From NCBI GenBank assembly GCA_964016885.1, contig OZ024743.1, positions 341,496,001-341,560,000 of the forward strand: DNA of 64,000 nt, read 5' to 3'. The notes beneath the pieces are model-generated. The model saw only the letters and a list, made by a program, of their open reading frames with translations. It had not been told where the DNA came from and made no database searches. The DNA is from Eledone cirrhosa. Its lineage: Eukaryota. A program made the translations under genes and the position numbers. Below, one piece after another: positions 12,233-25,305 of the stretch (position 1 is its first letter; each line of letters opens with the position of its first letter).

Positions 12233-14337
12233 AATATATATATATATATATGAATGTAGGAGACAGGAACTCATTACTGCTATTCTATGCAACTAAGTTG
12301 GATGTAGTCAAAAGCCACTTTATAGTAATGAATAGTTTTCCCAACTCCGTCCGTTTAAATTTTAAAATAATGATTCATGTTATTGATGATATCCTGCATG
12401 AAATAGCTGTTGCACGAGAAAACCTCTTTTTACCAATATCAGATACTGCCATGTGTATGGTCAAAGTATGTGAAATATAAAAGATCCTTTATCCCATTTG
12501 GTGTCAGGTGACATGTGTTGCGCTTCTCCTTAATAATTGCGATCGCACGAGAAAGCCCCTTTCCAAAGATTTCGCATTTCCTCTTGACCGGCCCGATGCG
12601 GGAGTTGGATCAAAGCAGTTAAATATTATGACAAGAATATACCCTGCGTTCCTGAGAGAATTTTTCGAATCAATGAAGCAGGAATTCTTGTGGAAAAAGC
12701 TAAAACGTTGTGTCAATTCACCAACAATAGAACCGAGTTTGACACAGAATGTTCGATGCAGTTTGCCACTGAAAAATGGAATAAAAGACTCTGAGAGTTC
12801 ACAATATGCAATTGAGGAAGCTTTTAAAAGTCTCACTGATTTGAATTGGGCCAAAGATCCGTGTCACATGAAAAAGCATCTGAAATCTAGATTGCAAGAA
12901 AATTATTAATGGAAAACTCATCAATATCTCCCATGGACTACTGTCTCTTGTTTAATTGTCAACCTACATAAGCGTAGTTTTTCGATGATCATTAAAATAC
13001 TAACATCGGGTGTAGTTTTTCGATGATCAGTAAAATAATAACAAATGATAGAGTTTTTTACTTTTTTTCTTTTGACAACGTGAAATTTTTATTACAACAA
13101 TGCATAATATGCAAATAATTCTGATTCTCTCATTTGATGTTGATTTTCTTGTTAATGAATAATAAGGATTTTGAGCTAAAATTTATATCTTTAGGTCTAT
13201 ATAAGTTATTAACATTTTAAAGGTCTAAATAAGGTCTGAACATTTGAGGTCTACTAAAATTACTCTTTTTACATTATTAATTATTGATTAGCAATGTAAA
13301 GAAGTCAACTCTCATCGGTAGGCCATCATATGAATTAGACGACATATTAACTGTCCATAATTGAGTTTTAGTCGAGATAAAAACCCATTTCGACTGTGAT
13401 ATGCCGTGTAGTAACTCGACCGTTATATAACAAAATCGGGAGTAGAAACATACAAATGCTTTTAAATTGATGTACTAAATATCGACTCGCTGTACCATAA
13501 CCGCTCAATGTTTTTAATGACATCAATTGAAATCTACCGAGTAGAGCAATAACTGTTTCGCAAGAAGATATTAGAATTATTCACATATTTATGAATGCCA
13601 TCATAGCTATAACTTACTAGGTTAATAAAATTCTATATTTGAATTAGTCATCGTTTGAACTAACCTTATTGAAAGGCAGATGGTAGCTAAATATGTCCAT
13701 CAGAATTTAAATATGAGTTTGACGATAACATAAAAGCTATTAAATTTTATAATTCGGAAATTAATAATAAATCATTCTTAACTAAGTGATAATTACTTTT
13801 AACGAGTTCTCATATTCCTTTTCTTCCTGCCGCTGATAATGGGGATGTTGATGATGAAAATAATGATGTTCAGTAAGTTTCTGGTGATGATAATGATTAT
13901 GATGAGATTGGTGAGAACGTTGATCATCATTGTAACGATTATATTACAAGTAAACAAACATAGCTCATTATATCATCTGAGAATGTTCTTCATCTAGTGA
14001 CTCTACGAGCATATCACCTGCTATACCTTACAGAGAAGCTAATAAAAAAAAAGCTCACCGGGGATATCAAACCTCTATTTTTTTTATTATTAGTTTGCTA
14101 TATTAATGCGATATCCTGATGTGGTGTATGTTGGTGATGCAGCAATTGTAGAACACCCGAATAAAAGTTTCGCGTTAATTTGTTCGTCACCTTCTAGATT
14201 TTGAACCGAACAGTGTCGATGTTCCTCATTCATCGAGAAATAAAATGACGACACAAAAATAACAAAAATAACAACACAATCGGTCCAGTATGTGGAAGGA
14301 ATATATTAGCTTTACGCTTGCAATAGCAGAAAGGGCG

Positions 14338-14372
14338 TTTTAACGTTTCGGACGCTAGTCATTCATCAAAAG
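14338..14372 (-). ncRNA. Degenerate minimal hammerhead
   Basis: Minus strand tTTGATGA-atgactagcgtcc-GAAA-cg-TT-aaaa. Confidence 0.45.
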
Positions 14373-14585
14373 AAAGAATGAGAAATTAGAAAGATTGAAA
14401 GGACGGACGGGCTGGAATTGGAAAAAAATATATTTAGAGAAAAAGAACAGGTCCAAAGGTTTCACCGTATTTTTTACTAAAGACATTTTAGCCTGATAGT
14501 GGAGTTTAGAACCCTCTAAGCAATGGAAAAAAATGATCATTGACGTACTTGTACGTCAATGCTCATCATTTTTTTAAATTTTATA

Positions 14586-15654
14586 GTGTGGGCACCGTTT
14601 ATGAGACAGGCCTTCCCACAACTTGTCTCGCTGCAGTCCTGGGCGAAGCGAAGACCGAAGATGGGCGCCTGGCACATTGAATGCGCCCAGGCGCTAACAG
14701 TCCTCTGTCAAGCGGGCATAGCAATCAGTGGAGACTCCACTTCGACATTCTATCGAGGGTTAGTACTTTACAAGTGTAGACGACGTGCTCGGGGAGACTC
14801 TAGGCGTCGAAGACGACGAGCTCATCAGTCTGTTCGGTAGGACATTCAGCCCGGGACCTATGGACAACTTCCAGATGTCCCTAGCCTGGCAGTGCTACCT
14901 TGGAGCTCTACCCGTTCGAGATAAGATCTACAGGCACGGCCGCCCCGGCAGGGATCCTTCCAAAAGGAAGTGTTCAAGATGCGAGCAGGACATTGAAACC
15001 GTCTTGTACGCAATTGTACACTGCCATGGCCTAAGTGACCTGTGGAACTATGCAGGACAACTGCTGTCCCGTATGGGACAAATCCAGTTGACTGCCGAGA
15101 CCATAGTAAGGATAAAACCGCCAGCCTCTTTCAAAAACGAAAGAGAGGCGGTTTTCCTCTGTAGAGTGGCTATGGTGAAAGAGGTTATATGGTGGACGAG
15201 ATTGAGAAGACTGAGGACAGATGCCTTTCTCTCCGGACAACAATTGATTCCCTTCTTTAAGTATCACTTTAGAAGGAGAATCAGAGTCGAGAAAGAGGCA
15301 CTGCACACCAGTAAATTTACTGAAAGGTGGGGGAATGAAGCGAAAATAGGCCGAGTGATTGGGCCTTCTCTGTTTATAAGCCTGTAGGTTAAAGAAGAGA
15401 GAAAAAGGAAGAAGTGAGCACTTGCACAACACGCTCCTGATGTTGAGGGTTGTTCTATGAACGGGGTATTAAACAACCCATTTGTGGCGCTTCCCCCTAT
15501 TGAGGATTTCGATTGTTATAAATGTTTGTTGCAATATTTTTACACGACTGTATGTAAAATCCCCGGCATGTGTCTTTGTATTGTCCCCTTTTCTTGTGCG
15601 CCCTTGTGACAAATAAAGAAATATATCTATCTATCCATCTATCTATCTATCTAT
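14586..15654 (+). mobile_element. 5'-truncated older Tx1/L1-clade LINE (ORF2 C-terminus, 3' UTR, (TATC)n tail)
   Basis: Frameshifted homolog of the C-terminal part of 16700-20137 (FGRTFSPGPMDNFQ, CSRC..HC). Ends caaataaagaaatatatctatct. Confidence 0.92.
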
Positions 15655-16675
15655 GTGGGTTTTGACAGGTTTTCTGGACCTGGAGGATGACATGCTGGTG
15701 TCCATGGGAAAGGCATCGGGTGACGCGTTCAGTGGAACGAGCCTCGAACTTGTAGTTCAAATGAGGCCCGAAAGGATCGCCCAGATCCCTGAACGCGTCA
15801 TACTGGATGATCTAACCTTCATCAACATTACCGTTGAGGGTAGACGGCCCTCGTGTTACCTCTGCGGAACCAGAGGTCACCTGAGGGCTGTCTGTCCCCA
15901 ACTTAATAAGAAAACCCCAATCCTGCCTACACCACCAACAACTGCACAACCAACACAATCACCACAACTACCACTACAAAAACAACCACCACAGCTCAAA
16001 CCAAAACAAAACAATGTCCAACCCATCCCCTCCACTCAAAAAACAAAAACAATTTCCAAAACACCCGTACCGCAAACACAACCCGAAAATATACCCCTCC
16101 CCTCCAACGCGGAAGATGATCCTAGTTCGTCGTCAGACGAGGAGGAGCACTTCCACACAATCAAAAGAAAAAAAAGAAAACACACCTCAGACACACAAAT
16201 GAAAAAAAACCCTCCCCAAAACATAACACTGACACCAACACAAAAGAGCTCACAACAACAGCAAACAAAAAACACCACACAAAAACAAAAACATGCATAC
16301 ACATACATAAATACAAGAAACAAAAAACTGTTAAACATTGTGTACAACAACAATCTAATAAAAACACAAGGGCCTAACTTCACCCAGGCAGGGGATTTCC
16401 CCCACCTCAAAATGATTAAGGCCCCACAGGACACCTATAAAACTTTAAAAAACAATTTTAAAGAGGACGTGGGTCCCCCCTGCGTCGGGCCCATTAACCG
16501 CGTCCTCCTAAAAAACTATCCCACCCCCTCCCCAAACACCCTCACAACTCCAAGCTCCCCAACCACACAACACACTGATGCCCCCACACTTCCACAAACC
16601 ACCACCCCACCCAACAACCCACCCCCCACCCTAATGGAAATTGTGCAGCCCGATACCCGGGACGCAGAGAGGTAA
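15653..16675 (+). CDS. Tx1-like ORF1 (gag-like, CCHC zinc knuckle), N-terminally truncated
   Basis: VEGRRPSCYLCGTRGHLRAVC knuckle followed by a P/Q/T/K-rich region. The ATG is created at the microsatellite junction. Confidence 0.85.
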   Translation: MWVLTGFLDLEDDMLVSMGKASGDAFSGTSLELVVQMRPERIAQIPERVILDDLTFINITVEGRRPSCYLCGTRGHLRAVCPQLNKKTPILPTPPTTAQPTQSPQLPLQKQPPQLKPKQNNVQPIPSTQKTKTISKTPVPQTQPENIPLPSNAEDDPSSSSDEEEHFHTIKRKKRKHTSDTQMKKNPPQNITLTPTQKSSQQQQTKNTTQKQKHAYTYINTRNKKLLNIVYNNNLIKTQGPNFTQAGDFPHLKMIKAPQDTYKTLKNNFKEDVGPPCVGPINRVLLKNYPTPSPNTLTTPSSPTTQHTDAPTLPQTTTPPNNPPPTLMEIVQPDTRDAER

Positions 16676-19600
16676 GTGCCTTTTCTCTTCACCACCAACA
16701 TGGCTATGCTAAGAGTAGGCTGTTTAAATGCGCGTGGCCTGGGCTCAACTTGGAAGCAAGCAATGCTTCTAAATGACCTCAGGACACAACGTATAGATGT
16801 GATGGTTATTTGCGAGGCCCGGATCAGCAACGTGCGACAGCTGGCCCCCACCTTTGATGACTTTGAGATGCACGCATCTCTCTGTCAGCCCGGAGGTGGG
16901 GGTGGAGTTGTTGTTCTGCTGCAAAAACATCTGGGTCTCGCAACACAGATGGTACATTTGGACCCGGAGGGTCGACTAGTGGTTCTGGACCTTGGCAGTG
17001 GTAAAGGCGGAGCGTTTAGGTTGGTAGCCGCCTACGGCCCTTTCGGGTCAATGCGGCCGGACTTCTTCCATCGTCTGGAGACTTTTCTAGGGACGTCCCG
17101 CTCCTTGCTATTAGTGGGGGACTGGAATGGTATCCTAGATGCACGCTGGGACTACGTAGGGGCCTGCCCCGATAGAGAGGGGTGTAATAGCCTCAAAGGG
17201 TTAATCGGTCGATTTGACCTGGCCGATAGATATCGACTAGATTTTCCGACTGCGCCAACCTGGACTTGGGCAAATCGTAGCGGATCATCTAGGTCGTACC
17301 TAGATAGGTTCTTAGTTAGAATTAAGGATAAGGACTTTTTAAGTTGTCCAAAAATGCGCATTGTTGGCTATTCAGACCACAAATTAGTGACCTGCATGGT
17401 CAACCTTGACAGAACTCATAGACAGGGCCCCGGTTACTGGAAGCTCAACTTGTCCTTGCCGGCAAGTAGAGCCTACAGGAATCGGATTAGTACGTTAGTT
17501 AAGGAACGGTTGACTGGAGCGATCGTCAACAGCAGGTGGTGGGTATCTCTAAAGAGAGAGATTAGAGTAGTCTCGATAGAATTTAGTAAGGTTCTAGCTG
17601 CGGATAGGAATAGGAAGGAAAGGGAGCTAATAGATAGAGTAGAAGAGGCAATTAGAAGCGGCGACGTGGCCAGAGTGCTAGCGTCGAGAACGGCTTTGAG
17701 CCAGTTTTTCGACGCGAAGCACGAAGGCTGCGTTGTCCGAAGTAAAATACGTGCTCTAGGGAACGAGGGGACCAAAGCTGTTAGCTGGGCCCGCGTGACA
17801 GAGGCCAACAGTGGAACTAAATCCACCATCCGGTCTTTGCGAGACCTGGATGGACGGGCGATTCTTGAGCCTAAGCAGATGTGTGAGGCCTTTCAAAGGC
17901 ACTTTGCCCGACTGTTCGGGAGGGGCGGGGAGCCGGTTGGGAACGTGGACTTCGGTCCATACCTCGACGGCCTGCCGCGCCTCTCGGACAGGGAGGCGAA
18001 GTCCTGCGAGGAGCCGATTTCGGCCGCTGAGATAGAGGACGTGCTGAGCCAATGCGGCAAACGCAAATCCCCGGGTCTCGATGGTCTTCCTTACGAATTA
18101 TATCTAGCTATGCCGGACTTGTTCCCCGATCTCCTCGAGGCGGTCTACTGCAACTGGCAACAGAACGGGAGAATTCCCTGTACTGTGACCAAGGGCGTAG
18201 TCACGCTAGTGAGGAAGGACGAGAACAAGGGGGACGAAATAAGTAACTTCAGGCCCATAACACTGCTAAATACAGAGTTACAGATTTTGGCCAAGGTGCT
18301 AGCAAAGAGGTTGGCGCTTGTCGTGGGCAACCTGGTGGGAGATGCGCAGACATGCGCTATCCCGTCCAGGTCCATCCATGACAACCTCCACCTCATGCGA
18401 TACATCATAGAGAGGGTTGGGAACGAACCCGGCTTTGGTGGGGCTCTGATCAACTTGGATCAATCTAAGGCGTTCGATAGGGTCGACCATGGTTACCTGG
18501 ATGCGGTGCTAGCGGCGGCAGGCTTCGGACCCGTTTTCAGGGGCTGGATCACTGCTATGCACAGCGGCCGCATCTGCTCTAGGGTCAAGGTGAACGGCTA
18601 CCTCTCGGAGCCGTTCAAAATCGCGCGGTCCATCCGACAAGGGTGCCCTCTCTCCTCCCTTCTGTATGTGTTGACTCTCGAGCCACTACTGCGGAAGTTG
18701 GAGTTGTTGCAGGGCATCCCTTTGGAACCGGGATTGCGGAAAGCGGTGTCGGCCTACGCCGATGACGTGACAGTAATGGTGTCGACGGCCTCCGAAATCG
18801 AGGCGGTCGGCACCTTACTGGAGGAGTACGAAAAGTTCACAGGGGCTAAGCTGAACCGGGACAAGTCGATCGGTTTGCAACTCGGCACGTGGAGGGGCAG
18901 ACCGATGCCCTCCGATAGCGTCGTCGGACGCTGGACGGAGGGCCCGGTGAAGTTGCTCGGGGTCTGGTTCGGACCGGACCTCCAGGTGGAGAAAAACTGG
19001 GCGGAGGTTACGAACAGGGTGTTTGCACTGACCCAGAAGTGGGCCAGTTGCAAACTATCCCTGAAAGGTCGGGCGGAGGTGGCGAACACCTACATAGCGT
19101 CCGTCATCTACTACCGCCTGACCGTAGTGCCCTGCCCAAGGGAAACCCTCACCAAGATGGAGCGCGCGCTCTTCCAATTCCTTTGGAAGAGGCGGGCTCC
19201 TATGGTGAGGAGATCCATCTGCTGTCAACACCCTTCGAAAGGAGGGCTGGGGATGCCGTGGCTAATGATGCGTAAACACGCATTAAGGCTACGGCACCTC
19301 TACGTATTCCTCACCGGACAACCGGTGTGGGCCTCGTTTGTGAGACGAACCTTTCCCAGACTCGTCTCACTCACCGAGCTGCAATCCTGGGTCAAGCAAA
19401 GACCGAGAAAACTGGGCGCCTGGCACACTGAGTGTGCCCAGGCGCTCACCGCCCTCTGGCAGGCGGATCCGGTTATCAGTGGAGACTCCACCGCAACATT
19501 CTATAGAGGGCTGGTACGCAGCAGGTGCGACGACGCCCTCGGAGAAGCCCTAGACATGGAGGAGGACGAACTGGCCAGCCTGTTCGGTAGGACATTCAGC

Positions 19601-20401
19601 CCGGGACCTATGGACAACTTCCAGAAGTCCCTGGCCTGGCAGTGCTACCGAGGGGCTTTACCCGTTCGAGAAAGGCTCTACAGACACGGGCGCCCGGGTA
19701 GGGACCCCGCCAAAAAGATCTGTCCCAGATGCGTGTGCGACGAGGAAACCGTTGCACACGCATTAGTACACTGCTCGGGCGTAGCCGATCTGTGGGGCTA
19801 TGTCGAACAACTGCTGTCAAGGGTGGGACCGATCCGGTTGACCACCGAGTCTATTGTAATGATCAAGCCGCCTCCCCCCTTCAAAGATGAAGCAGAGGCG
19901 GTGTTTCTGTGCGTAATAGCCATGGCGAAAGAGGTTGTATGGTGGACGCGTCTGAAAGGACTGAGGTCGGGCACCTTTCTCTCTGGCCAACAACTGGTCC
20001 GTTTCTTCCGATATCATTTCGGAAGAAGGATCAGGATGGAGAGAGAGGTGCTGCACCCCAGCCGTTTCTATGAAAGATGGGTGAAAGTGGCGAGAATGGC
20101 CCGTGTGAATGGGCCTTCACTCTACATCAGACTATAGGTGAGGAAGATGAAAGACCAAGGGAGCACCCCTTCTCTGTGCTCCTGAGGAGAAGGGTTGCAC
20201 ACTTTTTTCGGGGGTGTGTGCGACCCCCCAAGGCGCCTCCTCTCTATTGAGGATTTTGTTAAAAATTTTATTTTTTGTTATATCTTATTTTATTTTTATA
20301 TTTTGTTATTGCCTTCTCCTTATTGAGGACGCCTTTTTGTGTAAACTCCCCCCTTTGTACTTGTCCCACTTTTGATGCCCTAGTGGCAAATAAAAGAAAT
20401 A

Positions 20402-20469
<68 letters not shown>

Positions 20470-20488
20470 CATCTATCTATCTATCTAT
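15655..20488 (+). mobile_element. Tx1/L1-clade non-LTR retrotransposon, 5'-truncated in ORF1, ORF2 intact
   Basis: ORF1 + ORF2 + 3' UTR + (TATC)n tail; candidate TSD at 15627-15654 / 20461-20488. Confidence 0.95.
16700..20137 (+). CDS. Tx1/L1 ORF2: APE endonuclease + reverse transcriptase + C-terminal CCHC, 1145 aa from the first ATG
   Basis: LNARGL, GDWN, SYLDRF, SDHK (APE); KSPGLDG, FRPITLLN, LDQSKAFDRV, RQGCPLS, YADD (RT); CPRC..H..HC. No stops or frameshifts. Confidence 0.97.
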   Translation: MAMLRVGCLNARGLGSTWKQAMLLNDLRTQRIDVMVICEARISNVRQLAPTFDDFEMHASLCQPGGGGGVVVLLQKHLGLATQMVHLDPEGRLVVLDLGSGKGGAFRLVAAYGPFGSMRPDFFHRLETFLGTSRSLLLVGDWNGILDARWDYVGACPDREGCNSLKGLIGRFDLADRYRLDFPTAPTWTWANRSGSSRSYLDRFLVRIKDKDFLSCPKMRIVGYSDHKLVTCMVNLDRTHRQGPGYWKLNLSLPASRAYRNRISTLVKERLTGAIVNSRWWVSLKREIRVVSIEFSKVLAADRNRKERELIDRVEEAIRSGDVARVLASRTALSQFFDAKHEGCVVRSKIRALGNEGTKAVSWARVTEANSGTKSTIRSLRDLDGRAILEPKQMCEAFQRHFARLFGRGGEPVGNVDFGPYLDGLPRLSDREAKSCEEPISAAEIEDVLSQCGKRKSPGLDGLPYELYLAMPDLFPDLLEAVYCNWQQNGRIPCTVTKGVVTLVRKDENKGDEISNFRPITLLNTELQILAKVLAKRLALVVGNLVGDAQTCAIPSRSIHDNLHLMRYIIERVGNEPGFGGALINLDQSKAFDRVDHGYLDAVLAAAGFGPVFRGWITAMHSGRICSRVKVNGYLSEPFKIARSIRQGCPLSSLLYVLTLEPLLRKLELLQGIPLEPGLRKAVSAYADDVTVMVSTASEIEAVGTLLEEYEKFTGAKLNRDKSIGLQLGTWRGRPMPSDSVVGRWTEGPVKLLGVWFGPDLQVEKNWAEVTNRVFALTQKWASCKLSLKGRAEVANTYIASVIYYRLTVVPCPRETLTKMERALFQFLWKRRAPMVRRSICCQHPSKGGLGMPWLMMRKHALRLRHLYVFLTGQPVWASFVRRTFPRLVSLTELQSWVKQRPRKLGAWHTECAQALTALWQADPVISGDSTATFYRGLVRSRCDDALGEALDMEEDELASLFGRTFSPGPMDNFQKSLAWQCYRGALPVRERLYRHGRPGRDPAKKICPRCVCDEETVAHALVHCSGVADLWGYVEQLLSRVGPIRLTTESIVMIKPPPPFKDEAEAVFLCVIAMAKEVVWWTRLKGLRSGTFLSGQQLVRFFRYHFGRRIRMEREVLHPSRFYERWVKVARMARVNGPSLYIRL

Positions 20489-20495
20489 CTATATA

Positions 20496-21857
<1,362 letters not shown>

Positions 21858-22652
21858 AAAGTTCTATTTAAAATTGTTGGGATACAACAATTAAATATTT
21901 TTATAACTGATATAAAGCACTCGACAAGTATTTGGAGTTGATATACGATATTAATAAATGGAAACTATATTTATAAAACCATATTTATTTCATTATACAT
22001 ATTTCAGGGATACCAAATTAGGTTATGGTATGCCTTCAGACAAAATACAATATGTAACAGTTTTACAAATAAGCTTTGACGTACCCTATTAAAATGCAAC
22101 CATTGTTTTTTGGAAGTCATCCGGATAGTGATTTGTTTATATTACTTTAATAACTCATAGTGTTAAGGACAATTAGAAAAAGACGGAGAGAAAGAAAAAG
22201 ATGGAGAGAAAGAAAAAACGTGGAGAAATATCGGAGAGAGAGATATGCATGGAGATAAAAAAAGAAGAAAGAGATAAGTAAAGACAGGAGGAAAGGAAGA
22301 AAGAAGAAAAAAGGAAGAAATAAGAAAAACAGAGGAAAGCAACAGAGAGATATTAAGTCAACAGACAGATAGAAAAACTCAAGAGAGAGAAATGTTATAT
22401 AGAGAGAGAGGGAGATTATGAAAACTTTACGTCATGTCATCTTAAGTTGAGTTAACAATTCATATGAAATGAATAATAAAAATATAAATATTAATATTCA
22501 TGAATGGGACATAGATATATAATATGAGAAATTAAACATTGTTTAATAATGACTATATGTTTAGTTTAAACCTTGAGATCAATATACCAAAATTTGGGTT
22601 TAATCTCCAAAATGTACACATTGCTAGAGAATAGTATCTCAGGCAAAGACAC

Positions 22653-22712
<60 letters not shown>

Positions 22713-23782
22713 GCACGTCCTGAAAATAGAGATTATATTTACTCAAGTCAACAATATAGACAAATAAAGCGCAGACGATTTCTCTTAATCATTGCTATAC
22801 ATTCCTTGTGTTATAAAAGGTTCACAGTATATATACACATAAATATATACGATTAACATTCATGACTTCATATATCTGATTACCATTCATGCATTTAACA
22901 TTTCTGAAATCCAAACTGCGTGGTTATGCAGCATAACTTTTACCCACACATATACATACACAAACATATATACATATACACCGATATATGTATAAATAAA
23001 TATCTGCGTGCGTCATCAGGCATCGCTCATGTATACATACTGACATATATACAATCATAAAAAACCTATAACACTTTTATATGCATGTTAATACACACAT
23101 ATACTTTTGTATAGAGATAATCAAATATCAATATATTACTAAGGATTATACTTTGGAAATATAATTATACCAATATAAATTTAAAATACCAAAGGATTAT
23201 ATTTTGGAAATACAACTATATCAGTATAGTCAAAAGGACAAACGAATTCTAGAAATGTCAAAGCATTAAATAACTTTAAAACACTATGGAGTATCTTAAG
23301 TTAAAATAATATGTTTCATATATTTAGTATAGAAAATTATCCTACTTATATTTCAATCAAGATATTGAAAGGGTAGACTTATGAGAATTATGAGAAGCTA
23401 TCAGAATCAAAGCAAAACTAATAAAAATAAATAAAATAAAATAAAATAAAAGTTAAATAAATATTATATCAATATAATTTAAAAATTTAAAAATTTAAAG
23501 ATCTAAAAATTTCAAAAAATTTCAAAAAGAATTTAAAAAATTTTTAAAATTCAAAAATTTTAAAGATTTAAAAAACCAAGGATTCTACAGATATCCTTAT
23601 ATTTAGTATAGAAATTTATCCTACGTATATTTTATTTAAGATATTGTAAGTATAGACATTTTAAAGTAGTTTATTATATCTATGTTTATATTTAGGAAGA
23701 AAGTTGAAAAAGAAAAAGGTGAAGGAATCTAATGATTTATCGACAGGTTTTATATATTAACTAAATTACTTAATTAATTATA

Positions 23783-24975
23783 CTACATTTTAAATTTATA
23801 TTTATATTTAAACGTTGAGTTCAATCTATGTCTGCAGCAACTGAATAAATTGTTCCTTAAATTAATGGAATTTTTGGACTTTAATATAAAGAATATTTCT
23901 TCAATACAAAGATCACAATTTTCTGAAGAGGAATTAAAAGGAGTAGCTTGTGAAATAATATTCCAAGTCATCGAATATTTAACATTATTTCGTTTTAGGT
24001 CCCATAGTAGGCTAGATAGCGAAGTTGAAGATTTTTCGTTTGGATCTGTGAAAGAATTTTTATGATTATTGAAGCGAAATTTAAATTCAGTCGAGGTAGA
24101 ACCAACATATTTAAACGAATTTAAATTAGTTTTAACATTACAATTGTACACTACATTATTAGCTAGACAGTTGTTATTTAACGGACAGTTAGATTTATTT
24201 CTACAGTTACAGTTATTCAATTGAATATTGCTTGGGTTATTATTGGTATTTTGGTTAGGTTTTAAATTTCTATTATTAATTCTATTAATATTTTGTGCTA
24301 AATTTTTGGTGGACGAGTAAGTTAATTTTATAGTGTGTCTATTAAAAATTGTAAATATTTATGTGTTCTAGGGAAGCGTTTGTCAAGAGCTTTAAATAGT
24401 TTAGCAATACGGGTTTTAATATTTAGTGAGAAAGGGGGAGCAAACCATAATATGTTTCTAGTTCTATTTCTTTTTCGGCTTTTGGAATTATTGTAATGTT
24501 TTCTATTATAGTTGCTAAAGTTGTTACCATAATTAAAATTGATATTATTTTGGTTAGTTTGCTTATTATTATTATCAATGTATTTAATTTCATTTCTATA
24601 TCCAGCTCTACCTAACGCTTCGTTGTAATACTGCGCTTTTTCATCAAATATATTTTTATTAGATGAAATTCTTGAAATTCTTTCTTGAACAGAGTTCACT
24701 ATAGTATTTTTAACAGATCTGGGGTGATTAGAGTTAAAATTAACATAATTCAAGTTCTCATTTAGTTTGTGAAATGGATAATGAAGACATGTGTTGAGAT
24801 TTACTGTTACGTCAAGAAAATTGACTATTTTATGGTTATTCTCTATTTCTACTTTTAGATTATGGTAATTAAAAAATTGTATAATTTGTTTTCTTTTCCT
24901 ATTTAGTTCACAGCTATTATTTTGTATAAGTAAAAGCATGTCATCACGATATAAGCCTCCGGTTACACCTGAAAC
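23783..24975 (-). pseudogene. PLE RT (GGLYRDD, NFLDVT, SNHP) + linker WFAPP + GIY-YIG with Cys motifs; one frameshift near 24370
   Basis: CNCRNKSNCPLNNNC, VVY..YVGSTSTEFKFRFNNH, CDLC, CCRH. Confidence 0.9.
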
Positions 24976-24987
24976 TGTTATATATTG

Positions 24988-25052
24988 TATTTTGTCTGAT
25001 GAAGGCATACCATAATCTAATTTGGTATCCCTGAAATATGTATAATGAAATA
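24988..25052 (+). ncRNA. Family A hammerhead, intact core
   Basis: tattttgt-CTGATGA-aggcatacca..tggtatccct-GAAA-tatgta-TA-atgaaata. Confidence 0.8.
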
Positions 25053-25099
25053 AATATAGTTTCCATTTATTAATATCGTATATATATATATATATATAT

Positions 25100-25305
25100 A
25101 TTAGAAAGTGAGGTTTTTTTACAAAATGAAAAATAACCGAGGTGTCCTACACGATTGAAAGTATAAAGAAAAAAAGATGAAATCGAAAATGCAACTGGAG
25201 TCTTATTTTTTTTTTAAATATATATATTTATTTGGTTCCTTTACCGGTTTCGCAGTTCTTCTCTTTTCAAAAGTAGAGTTGAGATGGAGGGTCTGTGGTT
25301 TTTCT
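25100..25305 (-). mobile_element. Family E mini-element with a U3-A8 hammerhead variant
   Basis: Copies at 49665-49995 and 59253-59575. Confidence 0.7.

Larger units (their letters stand above)
21855..25080 (-). mobile_element. Naiad/Chlamys-type Penelope-like element, 5'-truncated, with an inverted pLTR at its 5' end
   Basis: ORF remnants 24328-25008 and 23783-24220; family A terminal repeats at 21855-22050 (-) and 24975-25080 (+); (TA)n on both sides. Confidence 0.9.
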
